54,870 nucleotides of DNA from Octopus bimaculoides (lineage: Eukaryota). How positions within the stretch are numbered: the stretch's first letter is position 1; each line of letters opens with the position of its first letter. This document shows, piece after piece, positions 37,639 to 50,400 of this stretch. The DNA lies in contig NC_068982.1 in assembly GCF_001194135.2 (NCBI RefSeq), forward strand, positions 178,600,734 to 178,655,603, in the 5' to 3' direction. The notes under the pieces are model-generated. The model saw only the letters and a program-made list of their open reading frames with translations. It did no database searches and was not told the origin of the DNA. The position numbers were made by a program, and so were the translations under genes.

Positions 37639-40282
37639 ATATGTATATGCATGTTTACATATGTATAATACACACACGTATGCGTGTAATTAAAAACGGT
37701 GAATAAATTTGATTGTTTAACTACGCAATCGCGGTATGAACATCGCAAATAATGTTTCACTAAAGGATGCTTCCAAACTTAATTGTGAATTGACATTAAC
37801 TCTGTTTTTATTTTTGGAGATAATTAATTTTTTATACTTTTTCAGCGAATGCAAAACATATTCATTTCTATCAACATGTAAAACTGATAAAAGGAAGTGC
37901 AGATAAATTTCATACCAAAAATTGCAACAGTGAGAATACATTCGATCTATTTATTTGGCACCATAACCATGTTCATCCAGTTACCGTTAATAGAAAGCAG
38001 AACAATACAGCAGTCTGAATATGTCTTAAAATACTGATCATTTAAGGGATTTCACAGGCTCAGACTGTGCTACTAAAAATCTTCTAGAAATATAACAGTA
38101 ATCAAAGTAACAATGGTTTTGATTGTGTTGTTTAATTTAGGTAACTTTTATATTTAAATGTTTTGTAATGTAGTATCATCTAGAAAATATCGGTATGCAA
38201 AAGCCGCTTATGGATTGTCGTCGAAAATTGTATGTTTAACGAAGGGGTACAAAAATATTTATGCATATATGCTTATACAATATATTGATGAAAAAGGTTT
38301 AAATATGAATTATATATACATGCTTTTACAGAAATATGCAGCTTAGTTTTTAAGAGAGAATTAGATGTAAATATAAACAGAGTAAAAGAACTATCTCTTT
38401 ACCACACTTTAGTTAAATGATATTTCGTTATGAAGGCCTGGGGCGCGTGATTTTTGTGAGTATTGAATTGCAAAAATGTTGAGGTTTATATCTCTGTCGC
38501 AGATACGGAATAAATCGATTTTCAACAGCTTCTTGGTAGCTCATGGATGTAATAGCTAGCATAAATAGATTCAAAAATCTCTGCATAATATGAAAATTTT
38601 ATAAATTTAAATCTCTATAAATTTATACTTTTGATGCTTTTAGATAAAACAAGATCTTTTAAAGAAAGTATCAATATTTACGTTGAATATTAACATTAAT
38701 TCAATCTCATGTTTCAGCACACACCAATTACGTATAAATCAACTAAAAGAAATAAAGGTTAGAAATATTAATGTGAATTAATATAACTTTCACACTTGTT
38801 TTTGGTATATCATTATCAATAGCAACATTGAAATTAAATAAAACATATTTTCAAGTCATTGGAATTTCGGTGTTCCTATAAATGATAAATGTTCTGTTCT
38901 TAATTAAATCCATTACGACATCAAAATACGAGGTAGAGCTTCTACATATAACTTCTACGTAGAGTTTGTACATATGATTTAGAATAGCTCATTCTTTCAA
39001 CGTTAAACCTTTTTATTGCCATTCGAAAATTATTGTGGAGAAAACACGAGCTATTGTAATGAAGTGAATCCGTTTAGGTATACGTGCCAAACATTGCTTT
39101 CATGCAGATAGAAAATAATATCTTCATTTGAATGAAGCTTGTAACGATTTTCTTAGCTACATATACATTCTGTCAGATTGACTAAGCAATATTGACTTGT
39201 TATAATTAGAAAATGAAAGAAAAGTAATTATACTGAAATACTGACACTCTAAATCTAGCCAAAAATGTTCTATTTTTAGTGTTCAAAATTTCGTTTCCGC
39301 AAAGGAAACATAATTTTGAAAATTAATTCGAGTCTTCAAAATAATCTGTGTAATGGAAAATAATCTTTTTTTTTTATTTATTTATTTTTAAAATAAGCAA
39401 ATATAAAGAAAGGATTTTTCAGCTGTTGCAAAATTGAGGTTAAAATAAGGAAGAATTTAAAGATAAAGAAAAATATACATCTGTAAGAAAATAGTTATTT
39501 GTACGTCGATATCGATCATGTGAATTGCATGTGGAGTATAAATAAATTGATCAATATTATATTTCATTAAGCTGGAAAGGAGTGAAAATATACAACAGTA
39601 GTAATTATAGTTCAGCGAAGATAATGATTAAACGCACACTATCAAGAAGATGCTAATTACTCAGAAACAAAAAAAAACAAAAACATTCCAAATGAAAACA
39701 GAAAGGTAGTAAGAATAATTGTGAGAGAAATAGTATTTATAAATATGCCTAAGTATAACATGATTGGCAATTTGGGTATTCATAATTAATTGGTGGAAGA
39801 ATTGCTATGGTCTGTCTTATGTATGATACTATGAAATACTGCGTAGAAGTTTCACTGCAAACATACTAATAAAATCTTTATCCAGCTTTTAGACGAATCA
39901 CTTCCGACAGGCATTAACATTAACCCATTTACGCTCAAATCCAATCTTATCAGTTTTAATAGCTTGAAAGGCACGAAACGGTTGTGAGCATGCCCCCAAC
40001 ACTGCTTTCCTTTGACTGAGAAAAAGGCATAACTTCACACAGTCTGCAATTATGAATTCGATATTAAATTATTCTTATACAAACGTATTTTCTCAATAAT
40101 GTGAATACTTGGCTGATAACTATGAACCCTTTAACTTCTACTCTTCCACACTGCATATGCTATAATATATACGTCTTATATTTAATAAAGAGAATATCTA
40201 AGGAACATTGAGGTGAGCCAGATTATCATGAACATCTATAAACAACTTACTAGGAAACCTTCTTAACATTAGGTCGAAGAAT

Positions 40283-40397
40283 ATTCCACTGAGGTCAATT
40301 TTGCCTTTCATCCTTTCAGGGCCGACAAAATAAATTCCAGTTAAACACAAGTTCACCCGAACATGCTGGCATTGTGGCAAAATTTGAAATCAATATT
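40283..40397 (+). mobile_element. 5'-truncated SINE family A
   Basis: ATTCCACTGAGGTCAATTTTGCCTTTCATCCTTTCAGGG...GTGGCAAAATTTGAAATCAATATT is homologous to the 17241 and 52966 copies. Confidence 0.75.
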
Positions 40398-40916
40398 TTG
40401 TAGTAGAATATTTGAAATAGAATTTTAAAACGAATTGTAATCAAATTCATTACCAGCAATGACATTTCATATATGGTTTCCAACTGATAAAAGCTTCCAG
40501 ATTTAAACTCAATTACTTAGTTACACCGATGGTGTCGAACAATGAGGTCCCTCATATCATTGCTTTTTCCTGGATTTAAATCTATCTATAGTCTGCGAAA
40601 TGAATAATCTATTATTTATTCTATATAGTAATTTATTGAAAGGAATCTATAGGCAAACATTAGAAACCTGAGACGTCTAAATTACTTGCTTGGTGTTCCT
40701 ACATTTACGTAGTTCGTTATAGTCAACAATAATTAATAGATTTTAATATAACATAAAGCAATGGATTTTAATATAATATAAGAACAATTTTACAATAAAT
40801 TGAACTCTATATATTTGATAATATGGATTCTCTGAATTCACATTTTATTCTATTCCTCTGTTTGTCAGTCTGCCTACCTCTCTATCTGTCTGTCTGTCTC
40901 TCTCTGTCTCTCTCTG

Positions 40917-40973
<57 letters not shown>

Positions 40974-41467
40974 AGGTTGAGGAGGGTATTGGATTTAACC
41001 AAACCCCGGAGGATACAGGTAATACCGATTAAGTGCTGTATACCGATTAGGTTGCCCCAATCGTTGTATGAACAGGATTGGGTATTATAAGTCGTGTATT
41101 AGCGTGTGTATATGTAAATATATAAAAACAAAAGGATAAAGAGAGCAAAGGTAAGGTTGAAGAATTTTATGGATAGAGTCTTACTGCTGTTTCTGGGAAG
41201 ATCCAGTACTTCCCTTCATCGGAGACAGAAAAAATAAAGTTATCTATGATTATATTGACTTGGCTTGGACATCCTTCAAGTAAACAAGCAAAAATCTATT
41301 GCAAGATGGAATATACCTCTGCCACCTAAGCTACATCAACTTTCGTTCCAACATAAATTTCCGGATTATTCACACAAGGATTAATCTGCACGAATTTCTA
41401 CACGGATATTTACCACTGGAATGAAACTACTCTTCAAGTACTGTTCTCTCTTTTTTCNNNNNNNNNN

Positions 41468-41531
<64 letters not shown>

Positions 41532-41540
41532 GTATATATA

Positions 41541-41599
41541 AGACGGATTTCTTTCAGTTTCCGCCTACAATATCCACCCATATGACTTTGGTCGGCCCT
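41541..41599 (-). mobile_element. SINE family B core fragment
   Basis: Reverse complement GGGCCGACCAAAGTCATATGGGTGGATATTGTAGGCGGAAACTGAAAGAAATCCGTCT matches 44140-44197. Confidence 0.7.
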
Positions 41600-41743
41600 A
41601 TATATATATATATATATGTGTCTTTTTAGAAAACATAAACCCGGAGAAGAAGTACACTTTAAGAAGTAGGGCAGTCTATATTAATTACTGGTTAAGGCCG
41701 GTTTATGGGGTCACCCTAGGTTTCTCGCCTCGACATAGAATAA

Positions 41744-42212
41744 TACCTTTATGGCATATCTTCAGATTCTAAGACCTGATGGCCTATGGCCTCTTTAAAA
41801 TATGGAGATGGAACCGCACAGATATAAGCAATGGGGATTATCTCCCGTTGGTGCTGGTCATCGGTTTCCAGCTCTCCTCCTTCTTCAGTTACGCCACTTG
41901 TTGGCTATGAGGGTAAAAGGTAGGGGTTTATCCCCTACTCTCATCAGCAATCAATTTCCAGTTGTGGTGTAATTATCGCTAATTACACCACAGCTGGAAA
42001 TTGATTGCTGATGACAGTAGGGGAAACCCCTACCTTTTACTTTCATAGCCGCTAGGTGACATGACTGGAGGATGTCGACACAGCCGGAAACCGATGACCA
42101 GCACCAACGGGAGATAATCCCCATTGCTTATATCTGTACCATTTCCCCTCCATATTTCAAAGCGGCAATAGGCCACCAGGTCTTAGGATCTAAAGATACG
42201 CCATGAAGATAC
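41744..42212. mobile_element. About 470-bp fold-back palindrome (about 230-bp arms, 4-nt loop TCGC at 41976-41979)
   Basis: The arms share long perfectly complementary blocks such as GATATAAGCAATGGGGATTATCTCCCGTTGGTGCTGGTCATCGGTTTCC. The apex is GTGTAATTA-TCGC-TAATTACAC. Confidence 0.92.
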
Positions 42213-42240
42213 CACTCTTCACCAGAAAATAGTTCATATG

Positions 42241-42277
<37 letters not shown>

Positions 42278-42578
42278 GGGAGAATGTACGAAAAAAAACA
42301 ACAACAACAGACGAGGACAGGTGGTGTAAACAACAAAAGGATGTATTAGTTTGACGCTCGGGAATACAGAAAGTTTTTAAGAAATAGGAATAGAAAGTCC
42401 TTGGCACAGTACTTGTTTAAAAAAAAATGAATAGAAATGGCTTTTCTGATAATTTTTCCACTTTGATAATTAGATGTTTATAGGTTATTAGGTGTTTACA
42501 AAAGGTGACACTGATAGGCGTTTCTCGCTTAAAAGCGATTTTCAAACTGATATTTTGGAGTTTGTTATTCACTGTATA
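42278..42578 (-). mobile_element. Non-autonomous retroelement: about 150-bp ORF-like segment plus (TA)n-anchored tail
   Basis: Tail is homologous to 34706 and 46170-46260. Segment 42421-42578 is homologous to 44804-44954 on the opposite strand. Confidence 0.65.
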
Positions 42579-42845
42579 ANNNNNNNNNNNNNNNNNNNNN
42601 NNNNNNNNNNNNNNNNNNNNNNNNNNNNNNNNNNNNNNNNNNNNNNNNNNNNNNNNNNNNNNNNNNNNNNNNNNNNNNNNNNNNNNNNNNNNNNNNNNNN
42701 NNNNNNNNNNNNNNNNNNNNNNNNNNNNNNNNNNNNNNNNNNNNNNNNNNNNNNNNNNNNNNNNNNNNNNNNNNNNNNNNNNNNNNNNNNNNNNNNNNNN
42801 NNNNNNNNNNNNNNNNNNNNNNNNNNNNNNNNNNNNNNNNNNNNN

Positions 42846-42924
<79 letters not shown>

Positions 42925-43514
42925 AACATAAACATATATGTATAAAAAATAAAAATAAATAAAAAAGGGTGTCGGTGGGGGTGGGGAAGAAGAAGTGATT
43001 AGATCAAGAAGCAAGAAATGAAATTTTTTGGTGTGGTCATTTTGGGTTCCATAAAATCCTGTTAATGAGAAACATGCCTGCAAGCAAGTCTACTTACCAA
43101 TATAGTTCCTAACATACACATGTAGTTAGTTTTTTCACATAGTGTTTATACATACACCTACACAAATACATACACACATATACAGACATACACACACACA
43201 CACTCTCACACACATATATACACACAAATACACACAAGCACACATATTGATAGATACGTAGATATATACAGAGATATTCACAAATCCGCATTTTTATACG
43301 AAACACACACACACACAGAAACATATATATATATGCACACACATATATATACTCATATATACGCATGCATATGTACATATGTACATGAATATACATATAT
43401 ACATATGAGTGCGTGTGTATGTATATATATATATATAAATATATATATATATACATACATACATATATTATGTGTGCATGTTGTATGTTCTGTATAAAAA
43501 TGAGTATATGTGGA

Positions 43515-43568
<54 letters not shown>

Positions 43569-43745
43569 AATATGTGTGTGTGTGTGTGTGTGAATGTGTT
43601 TGTATTTGTGTATATATTTGTATGAATACTATGTGTGAAGACTAAACACAAGTTTATGTTTATGACCATATTGGAAAGTAGACTTATTCGCAGTACGTTT
43701 GTCATTAAGCCATATTAACCCACTGTCCTCGTTTAAAGACAGTTG

Positions 43746-43852
43746 TATTTGATTCATTTACTGTAATAAAGGTTAACTGGACGCAAAATAGTGCTTGTAT
43801 TTATTTAACCATTTTTATTTGATTTATTTACTGCAATGAAGGTTAACTGGAC
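43746..43852 (+). repeat. 37-bp imperfect direct repeat, 70-bp period
   Basis: TATTTGATTYATTTACTGYAATRAAGGTTAACTGGAC at 43746 and 43816. Confidence 0.8.
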
Positions 43853-44070
43853 ACTTCCGTATGTTTGTTATCCCTATTTATATCTTGAAAATTTCGACAG
43901 GTTTAACCTGGGTTAAAATGGAATAATCGAACCATTTCGTACCAAATTCATACCAAAATGACCACACTCAAAAATTCCATTTCTTTCTGCTTGATCTACT
44001 TAATTCTCTTTGCCCAGCCAAGCTCACCCAACTTTTTAAAATTTTTGTTATTTTCTTTTATTAACAAGCA

Positions 44071-44199
44071 GTGGTTAACATGGATTCGGGTTCAGTTACA
44101 TTGCGTGGCACCTTGGGAAAGAATCTTCTACTATAGCCTCAGGCCGACCAAAGCCTTGTGAGTGGATTTGGTAGATGGAAATTGAAAGAAGCCCGTCCT

Positions 44200-44235
<36 letters not shown>

Positions 44236-44465
44236 GCATGTGTGTGTTTGTTATTTTTGTCTGTGTTAATCTCCCACCATCACTTGACAACCGATGTTGG
44301 TGTGTTTACGTCCCCGTAACTTAGAGGTCCGGTAAAAATCACCGATAGAATAAGTAATGGGCTTACAAAGAATAAGTCCAGGGGTCGATTTGTTCGACTT
44401 AAGGTGGTGCTCCAGCATGGCAGCAGTCAAATGATTGAAACAAGTGAAAGAGTAAAAGAGTAAAA
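44071..44465 (+). mobile_element. Near full-length SINE family B (tRNA head, core, internal microsatellite, tail)
   Basis: B-box-like GGGTTCAGTTAC, core GGCACCTTGGG..CTATAGCCTCAGGCCGACCAAAGCCTTGTGAGTGGATTTGGTAG, internal (CA)/(TA), and a tail ending in GAGTAAAA repeats. Confidence 0.85.
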
Positions 44466-44658
44466 TGTTTATGTGTGTGTGTGTGTGTGTGTATGTATAA
44501 ATATATGTGAATGAATACATGTATATATGCGTTTGTGCATATGTGTATGTCCTAAATTTTTGCATGTGTGTGTACGCGTGTGTGTGTGTGTGTGTGTGCA
44601 TTTGTATGTGTGTATATGTGTCTCTATATATGTATTTTATGTATGTATATATACATAC

Positions 44659-44691
<33 letters not shown>

Positions 44692-44803
44692 CATGTGTGT
44701 GTGTGCATGTGTGTGTGTGCATGTGTGTGTGTGCAAGTGTGTGTATATGTGTGTTGGTGTTTGCATGTGTGTATGTTAGTAATTAAACACTCCCTATTTA
44801 AAC

Positions 44804-44954
44804 GATGAATGAAAAACTCCAATATATCAGTTTGAAAATCGCTTGTAAGAGAGAGACTCATATCACAATCACCTTTTGTAGATACCTAATAACTTATGAA
44901 CATTCGATTATTAAAGTGGAAAAATTATCAGAAAAGCCATTTCTATTCATTTTT
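44804..44954 (+). mobile_element. Second copy of the ORF-like retroelement segment
   Basis: Homologous to the reverse complement of 42421-42578. Confidence 0.7.
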
Positions 44955-44959
44955 GTATA

Positions 44960-44994
<35 letters not shown>

Positions 44995-45777
44995 ATANNN
45001 NNNNNNNNNNNNNNNNNNNNNNNNNNNNNNNNNNNNNNNNNNNNNNNNNNNNNNNNNNNNNNNNNNNNNNNNNNNNNNNNNNNNNNNNNNNNNNNNNNNN
45101 NNNNNNNNNNNNNNNNNNNNNNNNNNNNNNNNNNNNNNNNNNNNNNNNNNNNNNNNNNNNNNNNNNNNNNNNNNNNNNNNNNNNNNNNNNNNNNNNNNNN
45201 NNNNNNNNNNNNNNNNNNNNNNNNNNNNNNNNNNNNNNNNNNNNNNNNNNNNNNNNNNNNNNNNNNNNNNNNNNNNNNNNNNNNNNNNNNNNNNNNNNNN
45301 NNNNNNNNNNNNNNNNNNNNNNNNNNNNNNNNNNNNNNNNNNNNNNNNNNNNNNNNNNNNNNNNNNNNNNNNNNNNNNNNNNNNNNNNNNNNNNNNNNNN
45401 NNNNNNNNNNNNNNNNNNNNNNNNNNNNNNNNNNNNNNNNNNNNNNNNNNNNNNNNNNNNNNNNNNNNNNNNNNNNNNNNNNNNNNNNNNNNNNNNNNNN
45501 NNNNNNNNNNNNNNNNNNNNNNNNNNNNNNNNNNNNNNNNNNNNNNNNNNNNNNNNNNNNNNNNNNNNNNNNNNNNNNNNNNNNNNNNNNNNNNNNNNNN
45601 NNNNNNNNNNNNNNNNNNNNNNNNNNNNNNNNNNNNNNNNNNNNNNNNNNNNNNNNNNNNNNNNNNNNNNNNNNNNNNNNNNNNNNNNNNNNNNNNNNNN
45701 NNNNNNNNNNNNNNNNNNNNNNNNNNNNNNNNNNNNNNNNNNNNNNNNNNNNNNNNNNNNNNNNNNNNNNNNNNNNT

Positions 45778-46262
45778 AATTTGCTTTGCGGGACGGAGGG
45801 ACTGTTCCAACGAAGTCGTGTATTGACCTTGCCTTCGAAACGCGGAGTAGATGGAAAAGGGACAACTGATGAAGGGAAATATTCTTTATGTTGCATGTTT
45901 CGTTTCTCTGTTTGTTTTTTTCGTTGTTCGAAAAAAAGTTCGTCTTCTGTCTTCGTCTTTATGTTTTCGTTTCTCATTGTCTTTAACGTTATTTTGTGAT
46001 GTCCTGTACCCATATATGCATGTATGCATACATATAGATGTAGGTATGTAGATATATGTATGGATATATGCATATATTCATATATTATTTATATTATATA
46101 TATATAGTTCAATCACTATTTATTTTCTCTTATTCCTCTCTGTTGAAGAGCACAAGCTCGAAACGTAAAAGACTGTTTTCATTTTACCCGAACGTCAAAC
46201 AAAAACACTTGCTTGTCGTTCATACACTTGTCTTCGTCTTTTGCTTTTCTATAAATTTCAAA
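45778..46262 (+). mobile_element. Penelope-type / non-autonomous retroelement 3' ends separated by an AT-rich microsatellite
   Basis: Contains CTGATGAAGG (45866) and TTGAAGAGCACAAGCTCGAAACGTA (46143). The second ends in a T-rich tail plus (TA)n and is homologous to the 42278 and 34706 tails. The PLE assignment is an inference. Confidence 0.45.
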
Positions 46263-46465
46263 TATATATATATATATATANNNNNNNNNNNNNNNNNNNN
46301 NNNNNNNNNNNNNNNNNNNNNNNNNNNNNNNNNNNNNNNNNNNNNNNNNNNNNNNNNNNNNNNNNNNNNNNNNNNNNNNNNNNNNNNNNNNNNNNNNNNN
46401 NNNNNNNNNNNNNNNNNNNNNNNNNNNNNNNNNNNNNATGTATGTATATATGTATATGTATGTTG

Positions 46466-46516
<51 letters not shown>

Positions 46517-47531
46517 GTATGTATATATGTATGTGTATGTTGGTGTGTATGTATATATGTATATGAATATTACCATTGCCTTGTTGATGTACGGCATAGC
46601 AGAAATACCTTTTTACCTCAGCTTGTATTACAATTATATAAATGCCTTGTTTCAGTTAAATGCAATGTCAAATCATAACAGTAGACATTCCGCATGGATA
46701 TGTCTCTCGTTGTCTTTAGCGTGATTCTCTCTCTCTCTATATGTTTAGATGTATCTCCGTATATTAACGAAGGATGTCAATAGCGAGAGACAGCCGGTAT
46801 TTGAATGAGTTATAGACTACTGTTGCCGTTAGAAACGAAGTGAATCAATAATACCTGTAACCAACAACGCAATTGTTCCGAAATCACAGCACACAATGTA
46901 TGCAAATAAGTAAATAATCAATACGTAGAAATAATAACCCGGCCTAATACTTCTATATATTTATTGTATATCAATATATGTTTTAGATATTATATTACTG
47001 ACATGCTGCATATCTCTGTGTATATTGCTATGTATATATTACTTATACATTAGAATGGATGAAACATCGAGAATATTAAAGCAGATACGTTAACCATCCA
47101 AACATTAGAATATCCTTCATTCATACCAAAACGTCAGGTCCCAATTGATTTACGATGCACGTATTAATAACATACAGTATTAAACTAGACTTTAATCACA
47201 CAAATGCCTTTATAGTGTAGTCGTTGGGTAAAAGAACCCCAAATATATATATTCCTTCAGTTAAATGTGTGTGCGTGTATGTGCGTGCGCGTGCCGTCCG
47301 TATGCGTGTGAGTGTGTGCTTGTGAATACTATTAAACAGTTTGGGAGCTTGATGAGATCATACGAGGTTCTCGGCGATCTTATTTGAGTTATTGATATGT
47401 CTTCTCAGTTATAAAACAATAATACGCAACATATGTTTCGCTGACAGTATAAATATTGGTGTGTGACCTGTGTAATCGAATGACTTTTGTAGCATTTCCC
47501 CACCGAAATGACTTATTAGTCAAAAAATTAC

Positions 47532-47595
47532 CTTGATCTGTGTGGTTAAAAGCGGAGAGACGCGCGGCTGTGCCGGAGATAGTCGTTTCCATTAA
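47532..47595 (-). CDS. 64-nt exon candidate (LMETTISGTAARLSAFNHTDQ/G)
   Basis: Minus strand TATTTTCAG acceptor and AAG|GTAATT donor, one fully open frame, and a locally GC/CpG-rich non-repeat sequence. No homology recognised. Confidence 0.3.
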
Positions 47596-47743
47596 CTGAA
47601 AATAGTATTTCCAACTACGTACGCATACACGCCAACTGAAAATTCAATGATTGTGATTGCTGTAAATGAGAACGTGCTAAGAATGTTGATATTTTGCATA
47701 AGATTTGCTAACTGCGTGATGGTCATTAATTAGACGTTTTTAG

Positions 47744-47799
47744 TGTCAAGGCTTCTCATGCATCTTGCATCTGCTCGTGAATGTTTAAGTGATAGAATG
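47744..47799 (+). CDS. Weak 56-nt exon candidate (SRLLMHLASARECLSDRM)
   Basis: Branch-point-like GCTAAC about 35 nt upstream, GTTTTTAG acceptor, ATG|GTGAGT donor, one open frame. Confidence 0.15.
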
Positions 47800-47861
47800 G
47801 TGAGTTGTCTGCCACATTTACGCAATTAGATATATGAATGCTTATACACACATAGACGCAC

Positions 47862-47983
<122 letters not shown>

Positions 47984-48571
47984 TGGCTGGCAAAAAGCGA
48001 GTACAAGAGTGGGATAGGTAGTCACAAACTAGTGTTCAGAGAGCCTAGATCCTTAAATTCCAGCTTCTTTATTAGGCTCAGATAGCGCAGAATTAAAAGT
48101 GTAGGATAGAAAAACGATCGAAATCGAGCACACTGGTATATCGAACAAGAACGACGGACGAAGAATAACAGGTGTAAGATGTATTTATATGAAAAGAAAA
48201 GTGCTTACGCAATTTACATGACATAAGCAGATCTTGTCTTCATAGCTGATTCAAGTTATCCGTGTATAATTGATATATCAATACACGAAGACAGTATGAA
48301 GGGAGTGGGAACACAGAGAATGTGAATGGATTAAGCTAAATATACACACACTCATGGATGGTTCACAATCGGTTTGATCTATGAAGATTCATTTGTTCGA
48401 TCAATCCTGTATTAATGAACATGTGTTTGCTAATTCCACGAACTATGCTCAATTAACATGGTTCTCAGTTTTCATCAGCGAAAAACAATGTATGACAAGG
48501 CTGTATCTTTTGTATTATGGATACAAACCATTCAGCTTCTAAGTAGTTTCTATCCACTTTTATTCTACAGT

Positions 48572-48672
48572 TATGGGTTAACCTGAGGCAATAGAAAAGA
48601 CATTTGTCCTCGATGCCATGCCATACAATCGAACCTGAAACCACGTGCTTGCGAAGTATACTTCTTAACTAT
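48572..48672 (-). mobile_element. Diverged SINE family B head
   Basis: Reverse complement GTTAAGAAG..CACGTGGTTTCAGGTTCGATT..GGCATCGAGGACAAATGTCTTTTCTATTGCCTCAGG resembles 44071-44145. Confidence 0.5.
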
Positions 48673-49497
48673 TTAAACTTTCTAAGATATTTGGCCATAC
48701 TAAGACTATACATACAGATCCAAATGCATACATGTATTTATACATATAAATAAACGTACATGTGAATAAGTACCATGAAAGAAACTGCCGGTCATTGAGT
48801 TACCTTTGTAGCTTTCTGCCGATTTAAAACATATTTACTCAATATTGTGTTCTATTACTCTTTATTTTTCTGTTCAATCGAACGTACGCACACATGCGTG
48901 TGCAAGCATTATATATTGCCTGCTACTGTCACGTGACTTGCAGCCAGCTTTCCTTCCTCTCTTTCTTTTCCTTTCCCACACTGGTCCCGTAGCTGACTAG
49001 TCACAAATTCTCTTCTCTGTTCTATATCCTTTGGAATATCTTCTAAGCGTTACCCACTAATCTTGTCTTCGTGACCCTCAGGCCATATTTTGTTTGTTTG
49101 TTCGTACTTGTCCATCGTTCTAAATCACACCTATTCACTTTTGTATGTCCACTCTCTGTTGTTTTGCCTTGTTTTGTTTGTTCTCGGGCCTAAATTCTCT
49201 GCAAAAAAATCTTTTGCGGGCACCGCCAGTAAGGGAAGTAATCAGTCTTATAATTCATGGTGCGAAATCGAGTGTTATCAATTGGTTGATAACTGATGAA
49301 GAATTAGGGACCTTTTTTGTTTGCCTCCCGTCCGATTGTACACTCAATATACGTTATGTCAGTATTTACCATACATTTTCTCATTTTTCATTTATAAAGT
49401 AATGGAACGCAACGCACACCGAATTGTATTAACGAGTAAGTTTATGTCATATATATATTACATATATATTATATATATGTATATGTATATGTATATG

Positions 49498-49553
<56 letters not shown>

Positions 49554-50400
49554 NNNNNNNNNNNNNNNNNNNNNNNNNNNNNNNNNNNNNNNNNNNNNNN
49601 NNNNNNNNNNNNNNNNNNNNNNNNNNNNNNNNNNNNNNNNNNNNNNNNNNNNNNNNNNNNNNNNNNNNNNNNNNNNNNNNNNNNNNNNNNNNNNNNNNNN
49701 NNNNNNNNNNNNNNNNNNNNNNNNNNNNNNNNNNNNNNNNNTATATATATACTGTGTATATATACACACGTAGATACTTACATATCCAGTCTAATACGAC
49801 ACAACTAATACACACATATGTGAGCGTGTGTATGTGTGTGTGTGTATGTGTGTGTGTGTGTATGTGTGTGTGTGTGTATGTGTGTGTGTGTGTATGAAAT
49901 AAAAGTATAATTTAGTATACTACATGCGACTGTTTTAAAGAAATACAAGCCACAATATATTGTATACTTACTTTATTGTTTATTAATTTCATCTGTTTCT
50001 GACAATTGGTTTACTTTTATTTGACAATGACGTTTTGTGTCGGCCGTATTTTTTCGCGGTTGTCTAAAACACAACATTCTACATTGTTTATTTTTATTTA
50101 ATTGTCAACCGCCGCTGTATGCTACGTTGCAAAGTTATGCAACAGGTAAAATTAACAAAACATAATTTACAGTGTTTAAAATATAAATACATATATCATG
50201 TAATTGATTGTGCCGAAAATAATAATGTTATATCGAGTATTGTTGCTAAATGTCTTTCGTAAAATGCCCAATAAGAAAAGGAAATATAAGTTTTTATCTA
50301 TTATCTGTTTAAGATTAAGTAATATATGATATGTAACTAAACATTCATATGAATAGGCATACATACACGCATGATTGTATACGTATTCATACCTATATAC

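Noticed and set aside
39860-40030. Exon candidate on the minus strand / piggyBac-like TTAACCC end
   Set aside because: No recognisable product, weak donor, and no partner TIR.
41998-42095. Hammerhead at CTGATGA...GAAA inside the large palindrome
   Set aside because: No stem II closes between the core and either downstream GAAA; the first GAAA is just a hairpin loop.
45831-45876. Type-II hammerhead (CCTTC-GAAA-CGCG...CTGATGA-AGG)
   Set aside because: The core heptamer is perfect, but U16.1 is G, stem I cannot be formed, and stem II does not close next to GAAA.
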